DNA of 64,000 nt from an uncultured Candidatus Saccharibacteria bacterium (lineage in GTDB: Bacteria > Patescibacteriota > Minisyncoccia > Phycocordibacterales > UBA9973): assembly GCA_964423445.1 (NCBI GenBank), contig CAYREQ010000003.1:821-64820 (forward strand). The letters are read 5' to 3'. A model generated the notes under the pieces. It searched no databases, was not told where the DNA came from, and saw nothing but the letters and a program-made list of their open reading frames with translations. The stretch's first letter is position 1. Every line of letters starts with the position of its first letter. Shown here one piece after another: positions 54,163-62,890 of this stretch. The position numbers were made by a program, and so were the translations under genes.

Positions 54163-55527
54163 TTAGCAAACTAGATCTACACTAGTTCCCTGTTCTGGAG
54201 CGTATGCATCTATGGCTAGATTGTCTCGCAATTTTTGAACTAAGAACATTGATGACTTTGGTTCACCCATGACTACAAAAACTTTTTTTACTGAATTTTG
54301 CATATCGGAGACAAAGTTTAAAAGTCCGTCTGAGTCTTTATGTCCTGAGTATCCATTTATGGTTACTATGTGAGCTCTAACTACTACATCTTCTCCTGAG
54401 ATTCGTACTGTCTTTACTCCTTCTTGAATCAAACGCCCAGGGCTGCCGACAGCCTGATAGCCAGCCAAAAGCAATGTATTGTTTGGGTCTGGTAAATAAT
54501 GCCTCTCATGGTGTACTACTCTACCACCCGTAGACATACCACTACCAGCAATAACAATTTTAGGGTTTGGAACATTCCCTATCATTCTGGATTCTTCAGA
54601 TTTTAAAGTGCTGTGAAGCCCCGGGAAATCAAACAGATATTTATCATGGGACATCGCCTTTTGAGCTGCTTCGTTGAAGTAGTCTTTGTATTGTTTAAAG
54701 ACATCAGTCAAACGGATAGCTAATGGGGAATCTAAAAATATAGGCATGACTGGTATTCTGTTTCCTTCTACTAAAGCATTTAATTCAAATAAAAGCTCTT
54801 GGGATCTTTCGAGGGAAAATGTAGGTATTATTAGTGTACCTTTCCTTTTATAATTGTCTTCTATGGTTTCTTCTAAAAACTTTCGGCGCTCATCTCGTGA
54901 TTCATGATTTCTATCTCCATAAACACTCTCCATGATTACATAGTCTACATCAGTCACTTTTTCTGTATCGGGCAATATTGGTGAAGGACTATTACCCAAA
55001 TCTCCTGTAAATAAAATCTTTTTACCATTATAAGTAAACATGATCATCGCAGAGCCCAAAATATGGCCAGCGTTTAACATGGAGACTTCTACGTTTGGAG
55101 TCACATTTATTTTTTCATGGTAATCAAAACCTTCCCAGAGAGACATGGCTAGTCTCAAATTTTCAACTGTATAAATTTTATCTAGTCCAAGTTCTGTATT
55201 TTTAGACAAGATACCAGTGGTGTCTTCTAGCATCGGAGAAGACAAGGCTTTGGTGGGCTTGGTGGAATAAATTTTTCCACGGAAACCTTCACTAATTAAT
55301 TTTGGTATTCTGCCTACATGGTCTACGTGTGAATGAGTGACAAAAAGAATATCAATTTCTTTGGGGTTGTATGGGAATACTTCCCAATTTATATCATCTG
55401 CCAATTTTAAACCTTGAGTAAGACCACAATCTACTAATATTTTTTTACCATCAATTTCTAAAAGAAAATTAGCCCCTGTGACTGAGCCCGTACCTCCATA
55501 AAATGTTACTTTTGCTTTTTTATCCAT
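54163..55527 (-). CDS. MBL-fold beta-CASP ribonuclease/hydrolase
   Basis: Has VTHSHVDHVGRIP (HxHxDH) and a beta-CASP-like C-terminal region. Confidence 0.7.
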   Translation of the reverse strand: MDKKAKVTFYGGTGSVTGANFLLEIDGKKILVDCGLTQGLKLADDINWEVFPYNPKEIDILFVTHSHVDHVGRIPKLISEGFRGKIYSTKPTKALSSPMLEDTTGILSKNTELGLDKIYTVENLRLAMSLWEGFDYHEKINVTPNVEVSMLNAGHILGSAMIMFTYNGKKILFTGDLGNSPSPILPDTEKVTDVDYVIMESVYGDRNHESRDERRKFLEETIEDNYKRKGTLIIPTFSLERSQELLFELNALVEGNRIPVMPIFLDSPLAIRLTDVFKQYKDYFNEAAQKAMSHDKYLFDFPGLHSTLKSEESRMIGNVPNPKIVIAGSGMSTGGRVVHHERHYLPDPNNTLLLAGYQAVGSPGRLIQEGVKTVRISGEDVVVRAHIVTINGYSGHKDSDGLLNFVSDMQNSVKKVFVVMGEPKSSMFLVQKLRDNLAIDAYAPEQGTSVDLVC

Positions 55528-55529
55528 TG

Positions 55530-55949
55530 TTATAATTGTACCTTATTTTCTAAACTAGGCATAATATTTTTTAAATAATATAAAATAGCGACCAATCCCC
55601 CAGATAAATCAAAGAATATATCAGAAACAGAGTCTAATCTATTGGCAACAAACAAATTTTTAACAAAATAGCTGTTTGCAGAGAATTCAAACACCTCCCA
55701 AGAGATTCCTATAAGAAAAACACCCAGCATAATTTTTAAAATAGAGCCTGAAACCTTACCATTTAGTAGATTTTTATAAGATAAAATTAAAATGAGAAAA
55801 AGGCCAGACCAAAACCCACCTAAAAAGTGCATAGGCATATCAAAATACCAAATAGAGTAATACCAATAGAATTTTGTAGCTAAAATCTGTGCAGAGAAAA
55901 GTAAAATAATAAGTGCAATTAAGATTTTTACAAGCTTTCTGGTGTTCAT
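55530..55949 (-). CDS. VanZ-like membrane protein
   Basis: Four TM helices with conserved D/H/G positions (FDMPMHFLGGFW...SDIFFDLSGG). The ATG at 55949 is preferred over the TTG at 55964. Confidence 0.4.
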   Translation of the reverse strand: MNTRKLVKILIALIILLFSAQILATKFYWYYSIWYFDMPMHFLGGFWSGLFLILILSYKNLLNGKVSGSILKIMLGVFLIGISWEVFEFSANSYFVKNLFVANRLDSVSDIFFDLSGGLVAILYYLKNIMPSLENKVQL

Positions 55950-55974
55950 TTTGATATTATACAATATTAAAAAA

Positions 55975-56138
55975 GAAAAAACCCGGGACTATACAAAGTC
56001 TCGGGGTGCTTCTTAGGACTATCTCAGATATATTACCATAGCTTTTAAGCTAAGTGGGTGCCAGACGTTTATAACCAAGGCTATAAATGATCGAGGCTCC
56101 CAAAAATTGTTGTCTAGGTAATAACCGGAAATAACCCT
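55975..56138 (-). ncRNA. candidate small RNA or 5' leader with intrinsic terminator (unclassified)
   Basis: On the minus strand, a sigma70-like promoter (TTGCAG, 16-nt spacer, TATACT; plus-strand complement at 56145-56172) precedes a roughly 165-nt relatively GC-rich non-coding segment. It ends in the hairpin ccgagac-tttgtata-gtcccgg followed by a U-run. No ORF longer than a few codons is present. Confidence 0.3.
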
Positions 56139-56214
56139 ACTAAAAGTATACTCTCTACAAATTTTTCTGCAAGAAAATTTTTAAAAAAACACGAATTAAA
56201 AAGAAAAACAAGTT

Positions 56215-56250
56215 TGACAAAAAAACAAAAGCTCCCTTTTATGGGAGCTT
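56215..56250 (-). terminator. intrinsic terminator downstream of ndk
   Basis: agctccc-ttttat-gggagct hairpin followed on the minus strand by a UUUUGUUUUU tract. Confidence 0.65.
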
Positions 56251-56262
56251 TTGTTAAATTAA

Positions 56263-56778
56263 TTATTTTCTAGTCTGAGTAAACTTTTCGTGAACGTTTT
56301 CGTAGTCAAAAAGTTCATTTTCAGCAAACCAATGTGCTATTTCTAGTTTTGCTTCAGCGCTATCTCCAGAAGCATGCAAGATGTTTGGTAGACCTATTCC
56401 TTGCTCATCTGCATGAGCAAAACTCATATGAGAATAATCACCTCTGATTGTACCTGGTTGTGCACTTTTTGATTCTGTAGGACCTACCATTTTACGAACG
56501 ACAGCCACTGCATCTATACCTTCTAATACGATAGCTATGACAGGTGCACCTTGCATCATTTCTACTGTAGTATCAAATATCTTTTGACCATGACGAGTTA
56601 TCATAGTACCTATACCTTCGTAGTGCTGATGAAAAAATTCAGTATTTGGTTGTAGCATCTTTGTGCCGACAATCTTTAGACCGACTTTTTCAAATCTTGA
56701 TAATATTTCACCTACTATGCCACGGCTGACAGAGTCAGGCTTGAAAACTATTAGTGTTCTTTCTTGTTGTTTTTTCAT
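56263..56778 (-). CDS. ndk: nucleoside diphosphate kinase
   Basis: Has LIVFKPDSV, GTIRGDY and NILHASGDSAEAKLEIAHWF motifs (catalytic His region NxxHxSD). Confidence 0.8.
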   Translation of the reverse strand: MKKQQERTLIVFKPDSVSRGIVGEILSRFEKVGLKIVGTKMLQPNTEFFHQHYEGIGTMITRHGQKIFDTTVEMMQGAPVIAIVLEGIDAVAVVRKMVGPTESKSAQPGTIRGDYSHMSFAHADEQGIGLPNILHASGDSAEAKLEIAHWFAENELFDYENVHEKFTQTRK

Positions 56779-56817
56779 ATGTAGCTATATTAACAGAAAA
56801 AACCACCCTTGTAAAAT

Positions 56818-57399
56818 CTACTTTTTTACCATTCCTTCAAAAGTTATTGAGGAATATTCCCTAACATTAAATCCATAAATCTTATAGACACTCCCTGCTG
56901 TGCCTATGACACCAGCTTCGGGGTCGAGCCCGAGCTCTTTCGCTCCGATTTTTACTTTTTCATACGATGTTGATTCTATTTCCAAGTAAGTAGGAATAAA
57001 AGGCCAAAAATCTATATCAAAAACTACATCTCCTTTTGTGTAACGTATTCTTTTATTTTTCTCTACTTTATCTTCTATAAGACCCATGGCTTTCATCATC
57101 TGACAAGTTCTTTCGTAATTATCTACTATTATTTCTATTTCATTCATACCGATGTTTTTCATTTCACCATCTTCTGTTTTTTCTTTTATACTTTTTTTAA
57201 ATGTTAATGTGGTCTCTTGGCCGTCTGTTCTTACTCTCATCCATCCATCTCTGCCGCCTACATGATTTTCAGTAAAATAAAAAATGGTGCGAGTATAATC
57301 ATACTCCCCTGTTTTAGTCGCCCCTATTTCTAATAGTTTCTTTTCTAAACTAGGTACATCAACTTCTAAAAATTTTATTTCAAATTCTTCGTTGTTCAT
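56818..57399 (-). CDS. CYTH domain protein (class IV adenylyl cyclase / triphosphatase family)
   Basis: Has an N-terminal EFEIKFLEV (ExExK) motif and the beta-barrel pattern of CYTH. Confidence 0.6.
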   Translation of the reverse strand: MNNEEFEIKFLEVDVPSLEKKLLEIGATKTGEYDYTRTIFYFTENHVGGRDGWMRVRTDGQETTLTFKKSIKEKTEDGEMKNIGMNEIEIIVDNYERTCQMMKAMGLIEDKVEKNKRIRYTKGDVVFDIDFWPFIPTYLEIESTSYEKVKIGAKELGLDPEAGVIGTAGSVYKIYGFNVREYSSITFEGMVKK

Positions 57400-60170
57400 T
57401 AATCCATCGTCTGATATCTGCTCATAATCTCGGCTTCCACTTCAGCTCTATCACGACCAAATTTTATATAAGATAGCTCTTTTAGACTATCTACTATGTC
57501 AGGATTCCCGCGCTCTGGAGCTATGGTCTTTATATTAAATGGTTTTGTGGGCTGACCTTTTACCAGCATACTCATGTAGGCATTGTAATTGTCTAGCTTG
57601 GTTATATCTTTGGCTGTAAATTGAGGTTTGAATTTTGGCTCAAGAAATGTGGCATCCTCTGTACCAACTCGAAAGACAGCCATAGAACCTACGTTTCCAA
57701 ATACAGAATTTTTTATTTTTTCATCCAATTGTTTTATATACTGGTGAGCTATGTTCAATGAGAGTCTATATTTACGGGCTTCAGATAATATAGAAGATAT
57801 AGAGTCTGTGGTGACATTTTGGAATTCATCTATATATAGATAAAAATCATTCATTGGTTTACCAAACATATCTACGCGAGAAAGTGCAGCCATCTGAATT
57901 TTTCCTACCAAAACCAAACCAATAAGGTTCGCATTTATATCACCGAGGCGACCCTTTGATAGATTTACTAAAAGTATCTTCTTTTCATCCATTATCTTTC
58001 TAAAATTGAAAACAGAATTTTGCTGAAGCACCACTGGACGCATGATATCGTTACTAATAAAGTTATCAAACTTTGAGGAAATATACGGCACAAAGTTTGC
58101 GAGACTCTGATCCCCTGTCGTCTGCTCTGCGTTTATCCAAAATTGTTTTATAATTGGATTTTTACAACGAGCTAACTTCATGTCACGAAATTCTTTGTCT
58201 CCTAAAACTCTAGTAATTTCTAGAAGGGTTGAACCAGATTCTGGGTCTTCCATCACAAGAAAAGCACTATTTCTAAAATATTGTTCGAACATCGCACCTC
58301 CTCCTATCTTCATATCAAAAAGTTTATTGAAAATACCCATTAGTTCATTTACTACAAAAGTTTTCTGTTCTGGGTATTTTGGATCATACTCGAGCATGTT
58401 TAATCCCATTGGACGAGATGTGTAAGCTGGGTCAAAATAAATCACATCATCTATTCGCTCTTTTGGTATACGAGAAAGTATGGTCTGTATGTCTGTGCCA
58501 TGAGGGTCTATATAACAACAGCCATCTCCATTTTTTATATCTTGAGTTATCATGTTCAGCATGATATTTGTCTTACCTGTTCCAGTCTGACCGATGACAT
58601 AAAAATGCCTCATTCTATCTTCACGTGCCATCTTTATTTCTGTGTCTTTGCCTCGGTAACTATTTATACCGAGAGTAATACCATCATGGCCTATCTCTAT
58701 AGGTGCTGGGGCTATACCAGCCTTAGCTTCTTTTAATTGTGGCTGGCTACCTATGCCGACTGGAAAATGAAATACCGAAGCAAGCTCTTTTAAATTCATC
58801 GGTAATATTTTTTCAGGAGAAAAAGAGCGGAAAGAATAATCATGGAAAAGTTTCTTCAAATCATGACCATGCATTTCTTCAAATACAAAAGAATTACTAG
58901 CTGCTTCGGAAAACTGATTAAAAGAAGACTCTATTTCTTTTAAAATGGCCTGGGCTCGCTCACGTGTCTCCCCTGAAGCTATCACTCGGATATTTGCTTT
59001 CATGATACTGCTCTTTATTTTATTGCCTATTTTTTCTACAGCACCTTCGTCTACAGAGCGCCTGCCTCGCATGTATTTATCTTTGTTTTTTACTTCAGGG
59101 TCTCTAGTTTTTTCACCAAATATCAAATGCTTGGCTACTTTTTTAAAGCCTTTACTCCATTTATAAAAATTATCAGATGCATTTTTTACAGAATAACCGT
59201 CTTTGACATCATCAAGAATTTTATGAAACTCTGTTATAAATTTGTCTCCAGCTGGAGCGACCACGAGTTGTATCGCTGCACCTTCGCCTTCTGTCTGAAG
59301 TTTTGAGAATACATTTAGTATTGTATTCATTGGATCATGGTCTATGTGATCATAAGTCTTTATAGGTAAGACTCCACGCTCGGTAAAAGATGCATATGCT
59401 CCAGCCGAACCACCGTCTGGGTTGAAAATATTATAATCATCTGTCACTTCGTGAACTTTTGCATGGTGATAAAAAGCCAAGACTTGTTTTTCAAAAAGTG
59501 TTATATGTTTGTTTGGCACGCCGGCATACACCACGACTTGATCTGTTTGGTTGCTAAGTGCAATCTCTAAAGTAAAATAAATTTCATCTCTATTAAATCT
59601 GTCAGTGGCTATGGACTGCATACCAGCATAAAATTGCTCCATAGCACCTATAAATTCTTTAAAGCCTTTTGATTTGTCAGCTTCATCAGTAGGAGGTGGC
59701 AGAGTAATCTCAAACAAAGTCATATTTAGAGATTTATAAAGTGGTGTGCCCTCTTTAAAATCACTTACAAATTGTCCTGTTTTTAAATATTGAACAAGCA
59801 GTCTATGAAAATCATCATCTATGTGCGGACTATTCATTCCTTCCACTACTTCAAGTGCATTTTTTATACCTCTAGTTATCACGATTCCCAGGAGCTCTTC
59901 CATTATTACATCGTGTGATTCTGGTTTGAGTGCTAAGACAATATTTTCTTTTTCACTTTTTTCAATTCTATTACTAGGATGAACAGCATTTTCTATCGGA
60001 ATATTTCTATAAGCTCCTACTACTTCTTTGGCTGCATCATCTCCTGCATGTTCAAAGTGGCCGGTCTCAATCAAGTCTGCTTCTCTTTTTGCCACATGCG
60101 CACGCAAATAATTTAGCTCCTCTTCTGGAGACTTAAATTTTGGCATTTCCTTGAAAAAGGATGGTTCCAT
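57399..60170 (-). CDS. VirB4/TraC/T4CP-superfamily ATPase with large N-terminal domain of unknown function
   Basis: Has Walker A HFYVIGQTGTGKT and a distant Walker B FYLYIDEFQN, followed by ARKYRLSLNIAHQYIKQL, a pattern typical of type IV secretion/conjugation ATPases. The roughly 520-aa N-terminal region has no recognisable motif. Confidence 0.5.
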   Translation of the reverse strand: MEPSFFKEMPKFKSPEEELNYLRAHVAKREADLIETGHFEHAGDDAAKEVVGAYRNIPIENAVHPSNRIEKSEKENIVLALKPESHDVIMEELLGIVITRGIKNALEVVEGMNSPHIDDDFHRLLVQYLKTGQFVSDFKEGTPLYKSLNMTLFEITLPPPTDEADKSKGFKEFIGAMEQFYAGMQSIATDRFNRDEIYFTLEIALSNQTDQVVVYAGVPNKHITLFEKQVLAFYHHAKVHEVTDDYNIFNPDGGSAGAYASFTERGVLPIKTYDHIDHDPMNTILNVFSKLQTEGEGAAIQLVVAPAGDKFITEFHKILDDVKDGYSVKNASDNFYKWSKGFKKVAKHLIFGEKTRDPEVKNKDKYMRGRRSVDEGAVEKIGNKIKSSIMKANIRVIASGETRERAQAILKEIESSFNQFSEAASNSFVFEEMHGHDLKKLFHDYSFRSFSPEKILPMNLKELASVFHFPVGIGSQPQLKEAKAGIAPAPIEIGHDGITLGINSYRGKDTEIKMAREDRMRHFYVIGQTGTGKTNIMLNMITQDIKNGDGCCYIDPHGTDIQTILSRIPKERIDDVIYFDPAYTSRPMGLNMLEYDPKYPEQKTFVVNELMGIFNKLFDMKIGGGAMFEQYFRNSAFLVMEDPESGSTLLEITRVLGDKEFRDMKLARCKNPIIKQFWINAEQTTGDQSLANFVPYISSKFDNFISNDIMRPVVLQQNSVFNFRKIMDEKKILLVNLSKGRLGDINANLIGLVLVGKIQMAALSRVDMFGKPMNDFYLYIDEFQNVTTDSISSILSEARKYRLSLNIAHQYIKQLDEKIKNSVFGNVGSMAVFRVGTEDATFLEPKFKPQFTAKDITKLDNYNAYMSMLVKGQPTKPFNIKTIAPERGNPDIVDSLKELSYIKFGRDRAEVEAEIMSRYQTMD

Positions 60171-60202
60171 TAATATAAGTATACAACAAAAATAAAATTT
60201 TC

Positions 60203-60979
60203 TTAAATTTTTGTCAGGATTTCTGGGTCACCGTCAGTGATGAGAATAGTGTGTTCAAAATGTGCGCTTCTTTTTCCATCATCTGTGTGAAAAGTGTAGC
60301 CATCATTTTGTAGTGATACATGTTTTGTACCATTATTTAGCATCGGCTCTATGGCCAAGACCATGCCTGGTACAAGCTTTGCACCCATGCCGACTTTACC
60401 GAAATTTGGCACAAATGGATCTTCGTGAATCTTTACACCTACTCCATGCCCAGCCAAGACTTCTACAATGCCATACTTACTGCCTTTCTTTCCCTTCACA
60501 AAACTTTCTATAGCGTGGCCTATGTCCCCTGTTCTATTTCCCGCTCGTGCAGAATCTATACCCACCATGAGCGCACGCTCTGTGGTATCTAAAAGTTTTT
60601 TATCTCCATTACTTATTTCTCCGACAGGCACAGTGATTGCCATGTCTGTAAAAAGCCCTTTATGTTTTATTACTAAATCTATAGAAACAATATCTCCTTC
60701 TTTTAAAATTCTTTTTATATTTGGTATACCATGGACAACTTCATTATTTACAGAGACACAAAGCGTAGCTGGAAAAGGAATACTCGCTCCTTCTGGTTGA
60801 TAATTTAAAAGAGCTGGCTCATCACCCATATCACGGATTAGTTTTTCAGCATATTTATCCAAATCTTTTGTAGAAACTCCAGGTGCTACCATATCTCGTA
60901 CTTTATAAAGCACGGTAGCCAAACGTTTACCACATTCTCGTAGTATTTCTATTTGTTCTGGTGTTTTTATTATTATCAT
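60203..60979 (-). CDS. map: type I methionine aminopeptidase
   Basis: Metal ligands in the conserved context (D..D, HGIP, HxxE, AIEPM) and the 258-aa type Ia length. Confidence 0.85.
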   Translation of the reverse strand: MIIIKTPEQIEILRECGKRLATVLYKVRDMVAPGVSTKDLDKYAEKLIRDMGDEPALLNYQPEGASIPFPATLCVSVNNEVVHGIPNIKRILKEGDIVSIDLVIKHKGLFTDMAITVPVGEISNGDKKLLDTTERALMVGIDSARAGNRTGDIGHAIESFVKGKKGSKYGIVEVLAGHGVGVKIHEDPFVPNFGKVGMGAKLVPGMVLAIEPMLNNGTKHVSLQNDGYTFHTDDGKRSAHFEHTILITDGDPEILTKI

Positions 60980-60980
60980 A

Positions 60981-61667
60981 TTAAGAGATTATCGTACCAG
61001 CAAACTTTTCACCATTTAAGCATTTTGCCAAATTATCTATCGGCTTGCCGTTCATAATCACAACTTCTATCCCTGCCTCCTCTGCATCTTTAGATGCAAT
61101 AGGATCAAATGGGGAATTTAGTCTTGCTGTCCATTCACTTGGGATAATTTTTCTATACTCATCCCATGAAAGTGATTCTAGTTTTTTAGCATTTGGATTT
61201 GTTCTTGGGTCAGAATCGTATACGTAATCGGTATTTGATAAATTAATTATTTTTTTTGCACCAAGATTTTTTGCCGCTTCTACTGCGTCCCAGTCTGTAC
61301 TTTTACCAGGTTCGTGAGCCGCGCCAATTACTATAGGTTTTTCAAAAACAAAAGGCATAGCTAAATTATCAATTACCTTGTCATGGCTATACCCTGTAAA
61401 AGAAACTCGCAATAGTTGAGCATTTAATCTAAGCGCAGCAATTCCAATCCAATCCAAATCATCATTTGATGGATTTTCTGTGAGCTCTTTCGCTGCCATA
61501 TTATAACGAGTATTTACTTTTCCACCACCAGTTATGATTACAAACTTTTTACCATTTGCGACTTGTGACAAAATTAATTTTTTAAAATCTTTTAAAAAAT
61601 CTATATCTAACTCATTTGGAATAATAAGTGAGCCTCCCAGTGAAATTATGATTGTTTCTTCGTTCAT
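60981..61667 (-). CDS. pyrH: amino acid kinase family protein, archaeal-type UMP kinase-like
   Basis: IIISLGGSLI N-terminal P-loop-like motif of the carbamate/UMP kinase fold; the roughly 228-aa length resembles archaeal PyrH. Confidence 0.5.
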   Translation of the reverse strand: MNEETIIISLGGSLIIPNELDIDFLKDFKKLILSQVANGKKFVIITGGGKVNTRYNMAAKELTENPSNDDLDWIGIAALRLNAQLLRVSFTGYSHDKVIDNLAMPFVFEKPIVIGAAHEPGKSTDWDAVEAAKNLGAKKIINLSNTDYVYDSDPRTNPNAKKLESLSWDEYRKIIPSEWTARLNSPFDPIASKDAEEAGIEVVIMNGKPIDNLAKCLNGEKFAGTIIS

Positions 61668-61668
61668 A

Positions 61669-62262
61669 TTAATTAAAATTAAGCGCCTTTATAATATCTT
61701 TATGAACGTCTTCCACTGATTGTTCACCATTTATTGTATATATAGTATAACCAGCCTTATCTTTAAAATAATTCATCGCTGGTACTACGTTGTTTACATA
61801 TTCATCGAATCTTTTCTTGAGTCCTTCTGGGGTGTCGTCTGTCCTACCTCGAAGCAAATTTCTCTTCATGGCTTCAGCTTCACTCAATTCAATGTAGATT
61901 ATTTTTACATCTTCTCTTTTATAAAAAGATATTTTTTCTTCAAAAAACTTTGCTTGAAATACTGTCCTTGGATAACCGTCAAAAATTACATGCTTTTCAC
62001 CTGTGATCTCTATCTCCATAGCATTTGAGACAAGCTTGTTTGTCTCTTCGTCCGGCATTAATTTTCCAGAATTTAAAATATCTTGGACTCTCTTTGTATC
62101 TTCATTTGTATCTGTAGAATTAGCAATCTTTCGAAAAATTTCCCCTGTACCTATATAGACGCAACTACCCCCTTCTTTTTTAAGAAAGTCTTGCAATAGA
62201 GCTACCTGTGTCCCCTTGCCTGAGCCTACTATTCCAAAAAATACGAAAGTTTGCATTTGCAT
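61669..62262 (-). CDS. adk: adenylate kinase
   Basis: Has FFGIVGSGKGTQ (P-loop) and FDGYPRT motifs. Confidence 0.85.
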   Translation of the reverse strand: MQMQTFVFFGIVGSGKGTQVALLQDFLKKEGGSCVYIGTGEIFRKIANSTDTNEDTKRVQDILNSGKLMPDEETNKLVSNAMEIEITGEKHVIFDGYPRTVFQAKFFEEKISFYKREDVKIIYIELSEAEAMKRNLLRGRTDDTPEGLKKRFDEYVNNVVPAMNYFKDKAGYTIYTINGEQSVEDVHKDIIKALNFN

Positions 62263-62320
62263 ATAGTAACAATAACGAATTTATGCTTAAAAATCAACCT
62301 TATGCTATAATCCAAACAAC

Positions 62321-62890
62321 ATGGAAAAGAAACAAATTATAACAATATGTGGGGGGCTCGGTAGTGGTAAATCTAGCACAGCAAAAATGGTGGCAGAGCA
62401 ATTGGGCTTTGAACACTTTTCTTCTGGTGATTTCTTTAGACAAGTAGGGCTAGAACTCGGACTATCTATAAATGAACTAAATAAAAGAGCAGAGACAGAC
62501 ACAAAAATAGATGAGATGACAGATGAAAAACTCCGAGGCATGCGAAATAGTACAAAAGTAGTCATAGACTCTCGCACTGCTTTTCACTGGATACCAGAAT
62601 CTTTTAAAGTATATTTAGACCTACCGGTAGAAATAGCTAAAGACAGAGTCTTAAACAGCTTGAAAGAAAACAAGCTCCGACAACAAAGCGAAAATTCTAC
62701 GACCATAGAAGAAGTCTACGGGAAAATGATAGAAAGATTTGATAGTGAGCAAAAGAGATATTGGGATTTATATAAGATAAACAATAAAGATATGTCTCAG
62801 TATGACTTAATAGTAGACACAAATAAAAACAACCTGCGTGAGGTTGTTAATATCATAGTTTCAAACTATAAAAAGTGGATAGAAAATTAG
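62321..62890 (+). CDS. cmk: cytidylate kinase family protein (archaeal-type (d)CMP kinase-like)
   Basis: IITICGGLGSGKSSTAK P-loop and roughly 189-aa NMP-kinase fold. Confidence 0.55.
   Translation: MEKKQIITICGGLGSGKSSTAKMVAEQLGFEHFSSGDFFRQVGLELGLSINELNKRAETDTKIDEMTDEKLRGMRNSTKVVIDSRTAFHWIPESFKVYLDLPVEIAKDRVLNSLKENKLRQQSENSTTIEEVYGKMIERFDSEQKRYWDLYKINNKDMSQYDLIVDTNKNNLREVVNIIVSNYKKWIEN

Noticed and set aside
55975-56138. Identification of the intergenic non-coding unit as SRP RNA (4.5S)
   Set aside because: An AAGAAGCACC segment superficially resembles the SRP helix-8 GGAAGCAGC. However, the required GNRA tetraloop and the 5' partner strand (AGGUCAGGUCC-like) are absent, so it is left unclassified.
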